NCBI GenBank assembly: GCA_002104905.1
Contig: MCFE01000487.1
Location: forward strand, 1-64,000
Source: Basidiobolus meristosporus CBS 931.73
Taxonomy: Eukaryota; Fungi; Basidiobolomycota
Direction: 5' to 3'
Length of the DNA stretch: 64,000 bases
Part shown: piece by piece, positions 40,128-51,743 of the stretch
How the letters are laid out: each line of letters starts with the position of its first letter
Numbering within the stretch: position 1 is the stretch's first letter
Program-made: the position numbers and the translations under genes
The notes under the pieces: generated by a model
The model's input: the letters and a program-made list of their open reading frames with translations, nothing else
Databases searched by the model: none
What the model was told of the DNA's origin: nothing

Positions 40128-40532
40128 AATGACCACCAATTGTATATCAAGAGTGGGATATAACTGCAACGTCTTGTCAAGAATCGTGTGCATGAATAGG
40201 TTATTCACCTTGATTGTTGACACGCTTCCTCATCTATGAAGTATCCGTGCCTAATGCAATAGCAAGCAGAGTAACAATAAAAGATTTGAAGTTTAGTCAA
40301 ATGCCCTAAATGAACCAAACAGATGGTAACCAGCATATGGGTTTAATTATTTTGTCACAAGCAGATCCACTCCATCTAGGTTATAGATTCCTACGATAGC
40401 TGTTAACTACTTGAATTAGTCACACTGATCGGGGGTGTAGCAAATGTCACAAATCTTTGGATCAAATAAGCAACTGGCAAGATTATCAAGTTCCCATGCC
40501 ACAAGCGTATTTAAATTAAGAACCATATAAAG

Positions 40533-40690
40533 TGTTGTGAGAGTTTTGGAGATATTGGGAGTGATTAGGAGAACAAGTAGATTATGTGGTTTTCACTCAA
40601 TGATCTATTGAATATTAAAGTGGTATTTACGCTTTTACATGCTCTTGGGACCTTTCTGAACATATTCCATACGTTTGTTTGTATAATAAT
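40533..40690 (-). mobile_element. Truncated copia LTR fragment with an inverted internal segment
   Basis: TGTTGTGAGAGTTTTGG... in minus orientation to ~40648, then the LTR internal loop in plus orientation (GACCTTTCTGAACATATTC...). Confidence 0.7.
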
Positions 40691-40995
40691 AAGATGATCA
40701 TTTGAAGGAGAGGCCGACCGGATGTATTTATAGGATAATGAGAGTAGACGCATGTAGTAGCACACTTTATCAGTGTTGCCGATTTGTATTGGTGAATTAA
40801 GCTGCACAGCACTAACATCCATGTATGATCCCATTTTATGGAGTTGATTTATGCCAGCATTTGCGTTCAACATGTGCTCGGATTCGATTGATATGTTACC
40901 TATGGTTACCGCTATTTCCATATTTAATGGCTCAATCACGTAGAATCATTCAAAGGGGATAGTGTTCTGCCCTGAGCTGGTCTTTGCAGAGTGAA

Positions 40996-41068
40996 GGGGC
41001 GTTGGCCTAATGGATAAGGCATCAGACTTCGGATCTGGGGATTGTGGGTTCGAGTCCCATGCGCCTCG
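40996..41068 (+). tRNA. tRNA-Arg (anticodon TCG), copy 1
   Basis: 73-nt cloverleaf GGGGCGT-TG-GCCT-AATGGATA-AGGC-A-TCAGA-CTTCGGA-TCTGG-GGATT-GTGGG-TTCGAGT-CCCAT-GCGCCTC-G, followed by a T-run. Confidence 0.95.
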
Positions 41069-41401
41069 TATTTTGTGCTTCATCGTTAGATGTCTCGAAC
41101 TAGAGCCATAATAGCATTTAGCTCTGCAAATGCAGTTGTATTATATATGAAACTAGCAGTAATCATCATCAGTGTCCTTGAAATGCTCGTATCTCATGTC
41201 CTTTCATTTACTTCGTATTAGCGTGACTATTAAAAACAAGTGAATTACCTAGTGAACAAGAAAAAATATAGCAGAGCACCTGCATTTGTAGGAAATATAA
41301 TATATTCTCTGTTTAGGAAGTAATAATTCTTTGTGAAAGTACTGTTTATTAAGTTGTATAACGAGGTTAAGTCTTTGGTATCTAGAGGGTATCTTAAGTC
41401 T

Positions 41402-41782
41402 CTAATAGTCGTCGTAGTCATCACCATGGCCACGGCCACCACTATACTTCCTTCTTCCATGGCCATTGCCATCGCCATCATAGTCATCATCGTAATCATT
41501 GCCATACTTCTTTCTTTTTCCGTGACCGTGGCCATCGTAGTCATCTCCATCATATCTCCTTCTTCCACGGCCATTACCATCGTAATCATCGTCGTAGTTG
41601 CCACCTCCACCGCCGCCATATCTCCTTCCGTGACCATTGCCGTCATAATCATCGTCATAGTCACCGCCACCACCATGACCTACCCCCTTGTAGTCAGGAT
41701 CGTAAGAGCGCTCAAGGATTGAAGCATTGATAGCCAACGCAGCGGAGATGACAAGGAGAAGCTTTGCAATGGAGTATTTCAT
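41402..41782 (-). CDS. Secreted Gly/Asp/Tyr-rich repeat protein (126 aa), candidate Kex2-processed precursor
   Basis: Signal MKYSIAKLLLVISAALAINA; YDDDYDGNG(H/R)G units separated by RR/RRR/KRKK/RRK; TATAAATA at 41820-41827 (minus) supports the ATG at 41782. Confidence 0.85.
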   Translation of the reverse strand: MKYSIAKLLLVISAALAINASILERSYDPDYKGVGHGGGGDYDDDYDGNGHGRRYGGGGGGNYDDDYDGNGRGRRRYDGDDYDGHGHGKRKKYGNDYDDDYDGDGNGHGRRKYSGGRGHGDDYDDY

Positions 41783-42082
41783 CTTGAGATGGTGATTTGA
41801 AGGAGTGAACGACTGGATGTATTTATAGGATAATGAGAGTAGACGCATGCAGTAGCACACTTTATGAGTGTTGTTGATTTGTATCGGTGGACTGCATAGC
41901 GCTAACAGTGATGTGTGATCTCATCTTATGAAGGAGTTGATTTATGCCAAAACTTGCGCTCAACATGTGCTCGGATTTGATTGATATGTCAACTATGGTT
42001 ACCGCTATTTCCATGTTTAATGGCTCAATCACGTAGAATCATTCAAAGGAGATAGTGTTCTGCCCTGAGCTGGACTTTGGAG

Positions 42083-42309
42083 TGTTATGAAATCCAGGCC
42101 AGTTCCTGTCCTTCTGTTTGGTGTAACAAGGTCTGTCCTTTATTTTAGCGTAGGATCTACTTTTTTATACATTTCTCGATCATTTGCATACAACTTGTCT
42201 TACTTTAGCCCATCAGTCTTTGATCATCTTTGATGATTTTTGGTGTTGACGCATCTCTATATGCGACAACTTGCTGCCTGTTCTGGTCGGGATTCAGACT
42301 TTCATAACA
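42083..42309. mobile_element. 227-bp solo LTR immediately upstream of tRNA-Arg copy 2
   Basis: TGTTATGAAA...TTTCATAACA (10-bp perfect terminal inverted repeat); 4-bp TSD GGAG; absent from the duplicated locus at ~40985. Confidence 0.9.
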
Positions 42310-42319
42310 GGAGAGTGAA

Positions 42320-42392
42320 GGGGCGTTGGCCTAATGGATAAGGCATCAGACTTCGGATCTGGGGATTGTGGGTTCGAGTCCCATGCGCCTCG
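42320..42392 (+). tRNA. tRNA-Arg (anticodon TCG), copy 2
   Basis: Identical to 40996-41068; followed by a TTTTT Pol III terminator. Confidence 0.95.
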
Positions 42393-42626
42393 TTTTTGTA
42401 ATTTCAACACCATAATCGAAATAGAGTCAATAACACTGTTTGAATTATTCGCCAAGGTCACCATTTCGAAGTAAATCAAATTATTTGGATATTTCAATTT
42501 CCAACTTGAAAGTTTTAGCGTTACATTTTGATACCCTTATAAATAGCCACAATTCTGAACATGTCATGTGTAAATGTTGGTTTATTGTGTATTTGGTATT
42601 TTGTACCAAGAAGGTATCTCAAGTCT

Positions 42627-42995
42627 CTAATAATCGTCGTAATCATCACCTCGGCCGCCACCACCATACTTCTTTCTTCCATGGCCATTACCATCATAAT
42701 CGTCGTCGTAATCATTGTCATACTTTTTTCTTCTTCCGTGACCATGACCATCGTAGTCATCCCCGTCATATCTCCTTCTTCTTCCACGGCCATTACCATC
42801 ATAATCATCATCGTAGTCGTTACCATACTTCTTTCTTCCTCCATGGCCATTACCGTCATAATCATCGTCATAGTCACCGCCACCACCGTGACCTACCCCC
42901 TTATAGTCAGGATCGTAAGAGCGCTCAAGGACTGAAGCATTGATAGCTAGCGCAGCGGAGATGACAAGGAAAAGCTTTGCAACGGAGTATTTCAT
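42627..42995 (-). CDS. Secreted Gly/Asp/Tyr-rich repeat protein (122 aa), paralog of 41402-41782
   Basis: MKYSVAKLFLVISAALAINASVLERSYDPDY...; same repeat units with RKK/RRRR/RRKK/RKK spacers. Confidence 0.85.
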   Translation of the reverse strand: MKYSVAKLFLVISAALAINASVLERSYDPDYKGVGHGGGGDYDDDYDGNGHGGRKKYGNDYDDDYDGNGRGRRRRYDGDDYDGHGHGRRKKYDNDYDDDYDGNGHGRKKYGGGGRGDDYDDY

Positions 42996-43982
42996 GTTGA
43001 TATAATGGTTGGAAATAATCAGAAGATCAAGGCATTTATACATTTTACAATGCAAGAATATGCAGAAGCACGCCCATCAGTGTTTGCTGATCACACGTAC
43101 AGTGTTGAGGAGAGATGTCCGTAGCATTCATGGCTTTAATCTAGTGCGCATTTAGCAGTTTTATAATGCGATATGTGTTGTTAGTTAAGCACACTCAGTA
43201 CCAAACTACCTGTGCTGACAACTCAGCCTGTAAGCTGTACATCAATTAGATGCTTCCCAACTTGTGCTATACTTGCAGTCATGGCTCTTTCTGCAGGTGA
43301 CTTGAGTTTGATATGTCCAGATGCATCTTATGTTTTGAAATCAGATTTTCTTGAGTGCCAATGGCATGCCTGTGGTAATGTAGGTTTTCTGGCCAACGAG
43401 AAGCAGTAGTCAATCATATAGTATTGTGGCATATTTCTAAATGGAATTCTGAGTCAGTTTACTTCAGGCCATTACACTGTGCAATATTCCTAGTAATGGC
43501 CAGACATTTCTTTGTAGCATATTAACCAGCAATAGTAGTAGCAGTAGTAATTAAAATCATCGTTGGTGAAGCGTTTCAGCAGATTGAAATAATAGGAAGC
43601 AAAGTATAACGTGCTTTATGTTTGCTTGCATAGACTCACGGTGAAATGCCACTCTCAATTTGCGAGATAAATATATTCAAGAACCTGAATACGGGGTAAC
43701 CCAAGGAGGAGGATTTTAGTGGCGAAATTTGTCAGGTATTTAGTTCGGATATATTCGGATATATTGTATTAGGTAACCACTCCAAATAGATAATCCACAA
43801 TTTCCTTTTATGACCCACTGTTCTTCGCGGAGGTTACTAATGGGGGAATGTTTTATTGATATGACGAACGTTCTCTAGTTGGAATGACAAGAAATATTTT
43901 ATATGTTCTAGATGTATGGCAAGCATTTCTATTTAAATAGGCCTGTTAGCATTTTCTATCACTGGAAACGAATCTAAGCAAA

Positions 43983-45914
43983 ATGAGACATGTAATTATT
44001 GGAGGTGTAGCCGGAGGAGCAACAGCAGCCGCCCGATTGAGAAGAGTGGATGAGACGGCTGAGATCATTTTATTGGAGAAGGGTCCCTATATCTCTTACG
44101 CCAACTGTGGTTTGCCGTACTATATCGGCGGAGTCATTGCCAAACGCGAAAAACTGCTGCTGCAGACGCCAAAGTCGTTTGGTACGCGTTTCCGTATTGA
44201 CGTCAGAATAGAGAGCGAAGTAATTGCCATTCATCCAGAGGATAAAAGCCTGACCATTCGTAGGGCAAATGGAGAAGAATACAAAGAAACTTACGACAAG
44301 CTGCTACTATCACCAGGTGCCAATCCCGTGAAGCCGCCATTGGAGGGTATCAATTCGGAAGGCATCTTCACCCTGCGCAACGTAGAAGATACCGACCATA
44401 TCAAAGCGTACATTGCTGAGAAACAGGTAAAGCGTGCCGTAGTAGTAGGTGCCGGCTTTATCGGGCTGGAGATGGCGGAGAACCTGCACCATGCCGGGGT
44501 GGCTGTTTCCGTAGTCGAAATGGGCAACCAGGTTATGGCTCCTATCGACTTCTCTATGGCAGCGTATATCCATCAACACTTGACACAAAAGGGCACATCT
44601 TTATATCTTGAAGAAGGTGTTACCCACTTCCAGCGTACAGACAGCGGCATCACTGTTTTCCTGAAAAGTGGCAGGACCATTCCTGCCGATATGGTGTTAC
44701 TCTCTATCGGCGTGCGTCCAGCAACAGCATTGGCGCAACAGGCCGGCTTGAAGTTGGGAGAGACGGGTGGCATCTGGGTAGATAAACACTTGGAAACCTC
44801 CCAAAAGGATATCTATGCAGTGGGTGATGCTATTGAATATCCTCATCCGTTGACCGGGAAACCGTGGCTCAACTATCTTGCCAATCCGGCTAATCGCCAA
44901 GGTCGTATCGTAGCCGATAACATGGTATTTGGCAACACGGTTTCTTATGAAGGGGCTATCGGCACTTCTATCGCCAAAGTATTCGATATGACTGTGGCTT
45001 CTACAGGACTGGCAGCCAAGCGTTTGAAGCAGTTGGGAATGGAGTATCAGAGTTCAGTTACCCACTCCTCTTCCCATGCAGGCTATTATCCGGACGCTTT
45101 GCCCTTGACGCTGAAGCTAACCTTTCACCCTAAGACTGGTAAGCTTTACGGTGCGCAATGTGTGGGCTACGAAGGAGTGGACAAGCGTATCGACCAAATA
45201 GCTGGAGTCATCAAGCATGGCGGGACGGTATATGACCTGACGGAAACTGAGCACACCTATGCACCCCCTTTCTCATCTGCCAAAGATCCTATAGCCATTG
45301 GTGGATATGTTGCCTCCAATATAATCAGCGGGGCTATGCCGGCTATTTCCTGGCGCGAACTCGTTGATGAGAAAGACCAAGTGATGATGTTTGATACCCG
45401 TACTGCCGAAGAACATTCATTTGGCTCCATTCCGGGGGCTGTCAATGTCCCCTTGAATGAATTGCGTGAGCACATTGCTGAAATCCCGATGGATAAACCA
45501 GTTGTTCTATTCTGTGCCATAGGACTGCGCGGCTATCTAGCTCAGCGCATCTTGATGGGACGCGGTTATCGCAATGTTCGCAACCTAATCGGCGGCTATA
45601 AAACTTATTCCACCAGCGTAGCTCCTATTGCAAAGCCTTCTACCGATGTTCCTTCACCACAAGAGGCTGGTGAGGCGACAAAGATAAACGTATGCGGGTT
45701 ACAGTGTCCCGGGCCTATCATGCAGGTAACAAAAGCGATGAACAGCATTGCGGTTGGCAAACGTGTTACAGTCACGGCAACTGATGCAGGTTTGGTTCGT
45801 GACGCCTCTGCCTGGTGCGACACTACAGGCAACAAATTGATATCAAAGCATGAAGAAAAAGGTCGCTACACAGTTGTTCTAGAAAAAGGTGAACCCGCCA
45901 CTAAACAGAATTGA
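43983..45914 (+). CDS. Bacterial-type CoA-disulfide reductase fused to rhodanese and TusA/SirA domains, 643 aa
   Basis: GGVAGG (FAD), SYANCGLPY (single redox Cys), GAGFIGLE (NAD(P)H), YAPPFS, rhodanese FCAIGLRGY, TusA-like CGLQCPGP; intronless. Confidence 0.93.
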   Translation: MRHVIIGGVAGGATAAARLRRVDETAEIILLEKGPYISYANCGLPYYIGGVIAKREKLLLQTPKSFGTRFRIDVRIESEVIAIHPEDKSLTIRRANGEEYKETYDKLLLSPGANPVKPPLEGINSEGIFTLRNVEDTDHIKAYIAEKQVKRAVVVGAGFIGLEMAENLHHAGVAVSVVEMGNQVMAPIDFSMAAYIHQHLTQKGTSLYLEEGVTHFQRTDSGITVFLKSGRTIPADMVLLSIGVRPATALAQQAGLKLGETGGIWVDKHLETSQKDIYAVGDAIEYPHPLTGKPWLNYLANPANRQGRIVADNMVFGNTVSYEGAIGTSIAKVFDMTVASTGLAAKRLKQLGMEYQSSVTHSSSHAGYYPDALPLTLKLTFHPKTGKLYGAQCVGYEGVDKRIDQIAGVIKHGGTVYDLTETEHTYAPPFSSAKDPIAIGGYVASNIISGAMPAISWRELVDEKDQVMMFDTRTAEEHSFGSIPGAVNVPLNELREHIAEIPMDKPVVLFCAIGLRGYLAQRILMGRGYRNVRNLIGGYKTYSTSVAPIAKPSTDVPSPQEAGEATKINVCGLQCPGPIMQVTKAMNSIAVGKRVTVTATDAGLVRDASAWCDTTGNKLISKHEEKGRYTVVLEKGEPATKQN

Positions 45915-46329
45915 AGCATTTTGCGTGGCTACAAAAATGCTCCACCTTCCTATAACGTTAGTTTAGTTAGTTTCCCAATTTGGGATTATATAAAGTCATT
46001 TGCAATCATGCCATTCCATTCCATAAATGTATGAGGCTCTTGTGCTCACTAAATCCAGATCAATTATGCTCCCGATATTCTCAAAATAGTACATAATTGA
46101 CCAATTCGTCCCTTGCTTCAAGATCTTGATATGGATTGAAAATGAAAATGAATGCTAGCCAAAGAAGGCAATTGAAGGCTATACTTCACCTAATGTAATT
46201 CTCAAATGTTACAAATACTTTCCTCGTACACAAATAGAACAGCTAATAGTACTAATTGGTTGGATATTTGTCAGCCACTAGAAAATATCATATGATAAAC
46301 TGGCTCTTTTTGTTATGAAAGTCTTGCAG

Positions 46330-49300
46330 ATTGTAAGGTACGTGAAGTAAATGTAGGTTTTTTGATTTTCACATCATTAATATTGCATGTAAAGGGGGTC
46401 TGGAAACTTTAGTAAGCTCTGGCAAGACAACATGTAAAAATGTTTATGAAGATCCCACAAATACATGTTGTAAGAGTTTTTGCATTATTGGAAGTGATGG
46501 GAAGTACATCTATATCATGTGGTTCTTGCTAAATGACTGATTGAATGTAAAAGTTGTATCTGTTGTAAGAGTCTTGGAGATATTGGAAGTGATTGGGAAG
46601 AAAAGTAGATTATGTGGTTTTCACTTAATGATATATTGAATGCATAAGTAGTATATATACTTTACATGGTCTTGGGATAGCAAACACATAGAATAGATTT
46701 TACATGGTCTTGGCATTACAAACACGTAGAATAGGTTAAGAAAGGTCCCAAGAACATGTGTGCAAAGTTAGGGGCTGTTTGGACAACTTATTCAATTTTC
46801 ATATTCTGGAACCTGATATGTGGGTGAAAATAATCCAAGTAGATCCCAACCAGAAATTTGGTCATTATTCTCTGAGATTTGTAGGTAATGATCAAAGTGA
46901 CTAAGTTAGGTGGATATTTAGTTGGAATTCCAAATTTCTACAACACTCCCTCTCTACTAAATGCTCATATTGACTAGTCCTAATTTTGACCTAAGATATT
47001 CAAGTTTGTCTCTAGCTTATGGTTTGGTAAATAGGTTGGCAATCATTTCATCTGTAGGACAGTAAACCAAGTTAGCTAAGTTAATCTCTATAGCTTCACA
47101 TATGAAATGATGTCTAATATCTGTGTGCTTAGCTCTAGCATGAAAAGTTGGATTTCTAGCTAATTGTATACTTCCTTGATTATCTTGAAATAAAGTAATA
47201 GGCATTTTTTGACATAAGCCTAAATCTTTAAAAAGCTTTCTTAACCACATTGCTTCTTTTGTAGCTTCACATGCTGCCATGTACTCTGCCACTGTGGTAG
47301 CAAGTGCTATGGTTATTTGCTTTCTTGAATTCCTTGAAATTGCACCTTTACTATAAAGAAAGGTGTATACTCAGGTGGATCTTGTGACTTCTAAATTTTG
47401 TCCCCAATCAGCATCAGAGTATCCCACTCAATGTTATGCCAAATCCTTATAGGTGTACCTTAAGCAGATATCAGCAGTTCCTTTTAGGTATATAAAAATC
47501 TGCTTAACTGCTGCAATATGATCAGATCTGTAGTTCTGATTATGCTGGCTGACAACTCCCACTGAATATAAAATATCTGGACATGTTCCAAGCATGATAT
47601 ACATTAGACTGCTGACCATAGATTGATAGGGAAAGTCAGGGCTTTCAGATGGCACCAGGTGCTCTTGATTTGGCTGAATTTTGATCAAGTTAAGGTTTGT
47701 CTCCATTAGGGTAGCTGCTGGTTTACAGTCTTCCATTTGGTACTGCTTTAGTATATATGGAATATGCTTGGATTGGCTTGGGGTAATAGTCTGTAAGCTT
47801 CTGTCTATGGAGAACTTGATCCCTAATCAGTAAAGGAGTTCTCCCAGATTGGACATCTTGAACTCCTCAGATAGGCTGGATTTAGTCTCTTCTAATGTTT
47901 CTAGGTTATTGGTGGCAATAGTAAAGTCATCCATGTATAGAGCTAGTAGAGCCAGATTTGCTCTATCTGGCTTATAGAAGAGAGCATAGTCAGCAGTACT
48001 CCTTTGCAAACTCAAAGATTCCAAATAAGAATATATCTTGCAAATCCCAGCTCTTGATAATTGTTTGAGACCATGTAGTAACTTTTTAAGCCCAAAGAAC
48101 AAATGGGGGTAATCCTGGCCAGCAAAGCCATCAGGCTGGTCTATACACATGTTATTATCATATTTTCCATTCAAAAATGCAGTTTCTTCATCCATTTGAA
48201 GTATAAAAACAAATATTTGGCAGTAATAGTTAATACACATCTGATGGAATTAAACTTGGCTACTGGTGCAGAGGTCTCATTATAGTCATACCCATTTGTT
48301 TGAGAGTATCCTTTGGCCACAAGTCCTGCATTTTATCTTTCAATCTTACTATTAGACTTGTATTTTGTCCTGAAGACCCAACTGCATACAATCAAATTTT
48401 GATTGATTGGTAATTTGACAAAGTCTCAAGTTTGATGTTCCATCAGTGCCGGATAATCCTTGGTCATTGCAGATCTCCAAAACCTTGTCTAAGGGCTATT
48501 TAAGGCCTCATTTACAGTCTGGGGTGCATCAATATGGACTGAATAGGCATAGGCTGAGTGTGTACCCTCATTGATATAGTAATTTGGGCCATTTCTGGTC
48601 CAGTTGAATCTCCTAGTTTGCAATACTGGAATGATCACACCAAGGATACTCATAGGTGCTGATACAGGCTGAACCACAGTTGCAGAGTCCTCTGGAGAAA
48701 AAAAATCTTCATTCTCTTGCTCTGATTCAATCCTGACTGTTGGTGTACTTGAAATCAGATTTTTGTCATCATTTGATGTCAATTTTTGGGAATATCTTGA
48801 TTTTTCATCAAAGAACACATCTCTGGCATTGATCAGCTTCTTTGCTTTGGCAGTGTAGGGTCTGTATGCTTTACTCTCATTGCAGTAGCCTAAAAATATG
48901 CCTTTTACACACTTTGGCTCAAATTTTGACTGATTACCAGGCAGTTCCTTGGCAAATACTTAGCACCTAAACATTATTAGATGTTCTGCACTTTATCAGT
49001 AAGCGTACCATGCCTCAAGTGGAGTAGAATCATGTAGTATTCTGTTATTACTCCAACTTTCAAGAAATACAGCTGTGGCAACTAATCTAACTTAATACTA
49101 AAAGATAATTTTGATGATGGACCATATATCTTGCCATATCCATTTTCTTGCTGATTTGCACCTTCTGCTATCCCATTTTGCTATGGGGAGTATAGTACAG
49201 TAGTCTCTTGCTTTATCCCATGAATCTTGCAGAAGTGAATGAAGAGCTTTGAGGAATGTTTTCCACCATTGTCAGAACATATTTTCTTGATTTTTTCACC

Positions 49301-49780
49301 AGTTTCTCTCTCCACCAAGGCTGTAAGCTCCTTGAGCTTAGAGAGAGCTTCTTTCTTTCTCTCCATGAAGTAGACCCATGTGTAACTTTTATAATCATCA
49401 ATAAAAGTGGTTTAACAACACATTCTGCCTAAAGACAAGTTTTGCATTGGTCTGCACCAATCTGAGTGAATTAGATCTAATTTCTTTGTAGTTTTGATTC
49501 ACCCAGAGCTCCTGAACAGTTGTATGGCTTTTTCCTCATTTATGCAGGCATCAGAGTGCTTCAAATCAGCTCACAGAGCAATTTTTACCCTGGGAACTAG
49601 CTGATCTCTGATCAATTTGTGCAAATATTCAAAATTGATTTGTCCAAATTGCCCGTGCCAAAACATTGATGCTTCCTCATTTAAGTAACTTATAATTGAT
49701 TCCTGAAAGGATAGAATATAGTCAACTTTTATAGATTCTGATCTTTGATACTCAAAACAATATGGGCATTAATTTGATCT
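46330..49780 (-). mobile_element. Degenerate copia (integrase-RT-RNase H) with 3' LTR 46561-46945 and older LTR scraps at 46330-46560
   Basis: Minus ORFs 47017-47292, 47434-47736, 47827-48240, 48489-48818, 49181-49366 match the family pol; the LTR carries an internal ~38-bp duplication. Confidence 0.9.
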
Positions 49781-49819
49781 GTTAGTGTTGGGGGGGGGGA
49801 GGAAAGTCACCAAGTGGTG

Positions 49820-51620
49820 GAGTCTTTATTTATTTATGACAAGTATCAAAGAAGCCAAGTTAATCTGAGGTAAGTTGTACTGGTTTGTGGTTTCTGAACT
49901 GTAGCCAGAATGGCCAGTTGAGTGGGGGAACTGAGGGGAACTTCTAAGCAATCACCAGTCAAATTTACTAGGCAAATCTGTCCAATTAGGGTAAGGGGGG
50001 AAACAGTCTCCAACAGGTAAAATCTTTATTTCAGCTGAAACAAAGAAGACAGCACTACTGTTATAGCTATAATGCAAGAGTGTCTTGCTGAGTGGAACTT
50101 GTAGGTAAGTTAACAAGGAGAGATGATAGTTCTCAGTGCTCAAGACACTGTTTAGTGGGAAGGGGGGTAGCAAGAGGGGCAAGAATGATTTGTGAACAAT
50201 ATTGATAAGGGTTAAGGGGGATGATAATCACTAAATAGTGAAATCTTAGGGTTAGGGGCCCTATGAAAAATAATTTGGGTTAGGGGAGACAGTCAACAAC
50301 AGGTGAAATCTTTATTTCAGTCAAAACAAAGAAGCCAGCACTACTGTTGTAGCTTTGATACAAGAGTGTGTAGCTGAGGGGAATTTGTAGGTAAGTTTAC
50401 AAGAAGTGATGATAGTTGTTCAGTGCTCAAGACACTGTTTAGTGGGAAGGGGGGTAGCAAGAGGGGTAAGAGTGATTTGTGAACAATATTAATGAGGGGA
50501 ATATGATAAGGATTGATATTCATTATAAAGGGAGTATGCTGCTTCCAATAATGCTGTCAAAGGTCTGTCAAGTACTTTAGGTAGGCCAGTTTGGGTTTTT
50601 CTCACTGTAGAATATAATGAGCAAGCCTCTTGTCATCAGGATCTCCAAGTATTGTTTTCCAGCAGGAGCCAGGTGTAGTGTGGTGTATCCTCTTCCAGGC
50701 CTTCATGAGTGGGCTGTTCCAGTGGTGAATTCTGAGATATAATCAGGCACTAAGGTAGAGAAGTCTGATCTTATAGGGCATAAAACCTGAAACACCAAGA
50801 ATAGCATGTCTGTAGGGGCATTCAGGCAGATGAGGCACCAAGGAGGTAATACACCAGACTGCAAACTTGTCAAGTTTAGTGCAGTTGCTAGAAGTAAGAG
50901 AGAGAAGTGGTAGGCCAAATTTCAGAACAGGAAAGACAAACTGCTTGAGAAGGAGGCAATGGGAGCTGAATTGTAGGAGGAGTAACAGCCAGTAGATTGT
51001 GGAGTGTCTGTCATGCCAGGATAATTCTCTTCTTCAGGTGTGCTCCAGAGTCTAGTTCAGTAGAGAGGAATGGAAAGCCAAGATATGTAGCAGAAACCTG
51101 AGCAGGTAGAGTGCAGTTCTCTAAGTTGATAGGACAACCCAAAGGTACTGTCTTTGCAATGGAAAGCTGGAGATTATTCTTCTGCAGATACTGGTGGATG
51201 GTCTGGGAATCTTGTTGCATATTGGAGGAGGATATTCTAATGTCATCAGCAAAGAAAGTAACCAGGCAGTCAGCTGAGAGTCTTGGGAAATCATTCAGGA
51301 AGATGGCAAACAGTATAGGACTAGGCACTGAGCCTTGAACCACTCCATTAGGAACTGTGAACACAGCTGATTGCTCACTTAGGTGCAGAATTCTTGCTTG
51401 TGGATCCAGAAACAGAGACCTGACAAGGAGGGTGAGAGAGGTACTGGAGAAGCATTGTATCTTGGACCAAAGCAGGTTTCTGTCAGCTGAATTAAAGGCC
51501 TTAGTAATATCAAACAGAACAGAGGGATACTTGCACTGGAGAGAGTGATCTTGGCTAAGTACAACTGCATATTCCAAGGAGAGGCTAGGAACAAAGCCAA
51601 ACTGTGCGGGGTGAAACTTA
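49820..51620 (-). mobile_element. Non-LTR (LINE) retrotransposon 3' half: RT domains plus 3' region and (TAAA)n tail
   Basis: HPAQFGF...FDITKAFNS...GVVQGSVPSPILF...FFADD...YLG (ORF 51011-51577); TAAATAAATAAA on the minus strand near 49825. Confidence 0.88.
49985..50510. repeat. Diverged tandem duplication (~290-bp period) in the LINE 3' region
   Basis: Two copies of ...AAATCTTTATTTCAG...CAGTGCTCAAGACACTGTTTAGTGGGAAGGGGGGTAGCAAGAGGGG... Confidence 0.85.
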
Positions 51621-51743
51621 CATCACTCAATAGTCATGTCTGCAGTCAAAAGAACTCACAAAAATTCCCTTGGTGGTGACCAGGCTACTTGTGGCAACGT
51701 CTCCGGTAACCCAACAAAAGTAGCAGCCTCCAACAACATCAAG

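Noticed and set aside
41245-42943. Hydrophobic 'VIIIVVV' and 'MVVAVTM' ORFs that look like membrane proteins
   Set aside because: Alternative frames of the GAY/TAY/GGN repeat genes.
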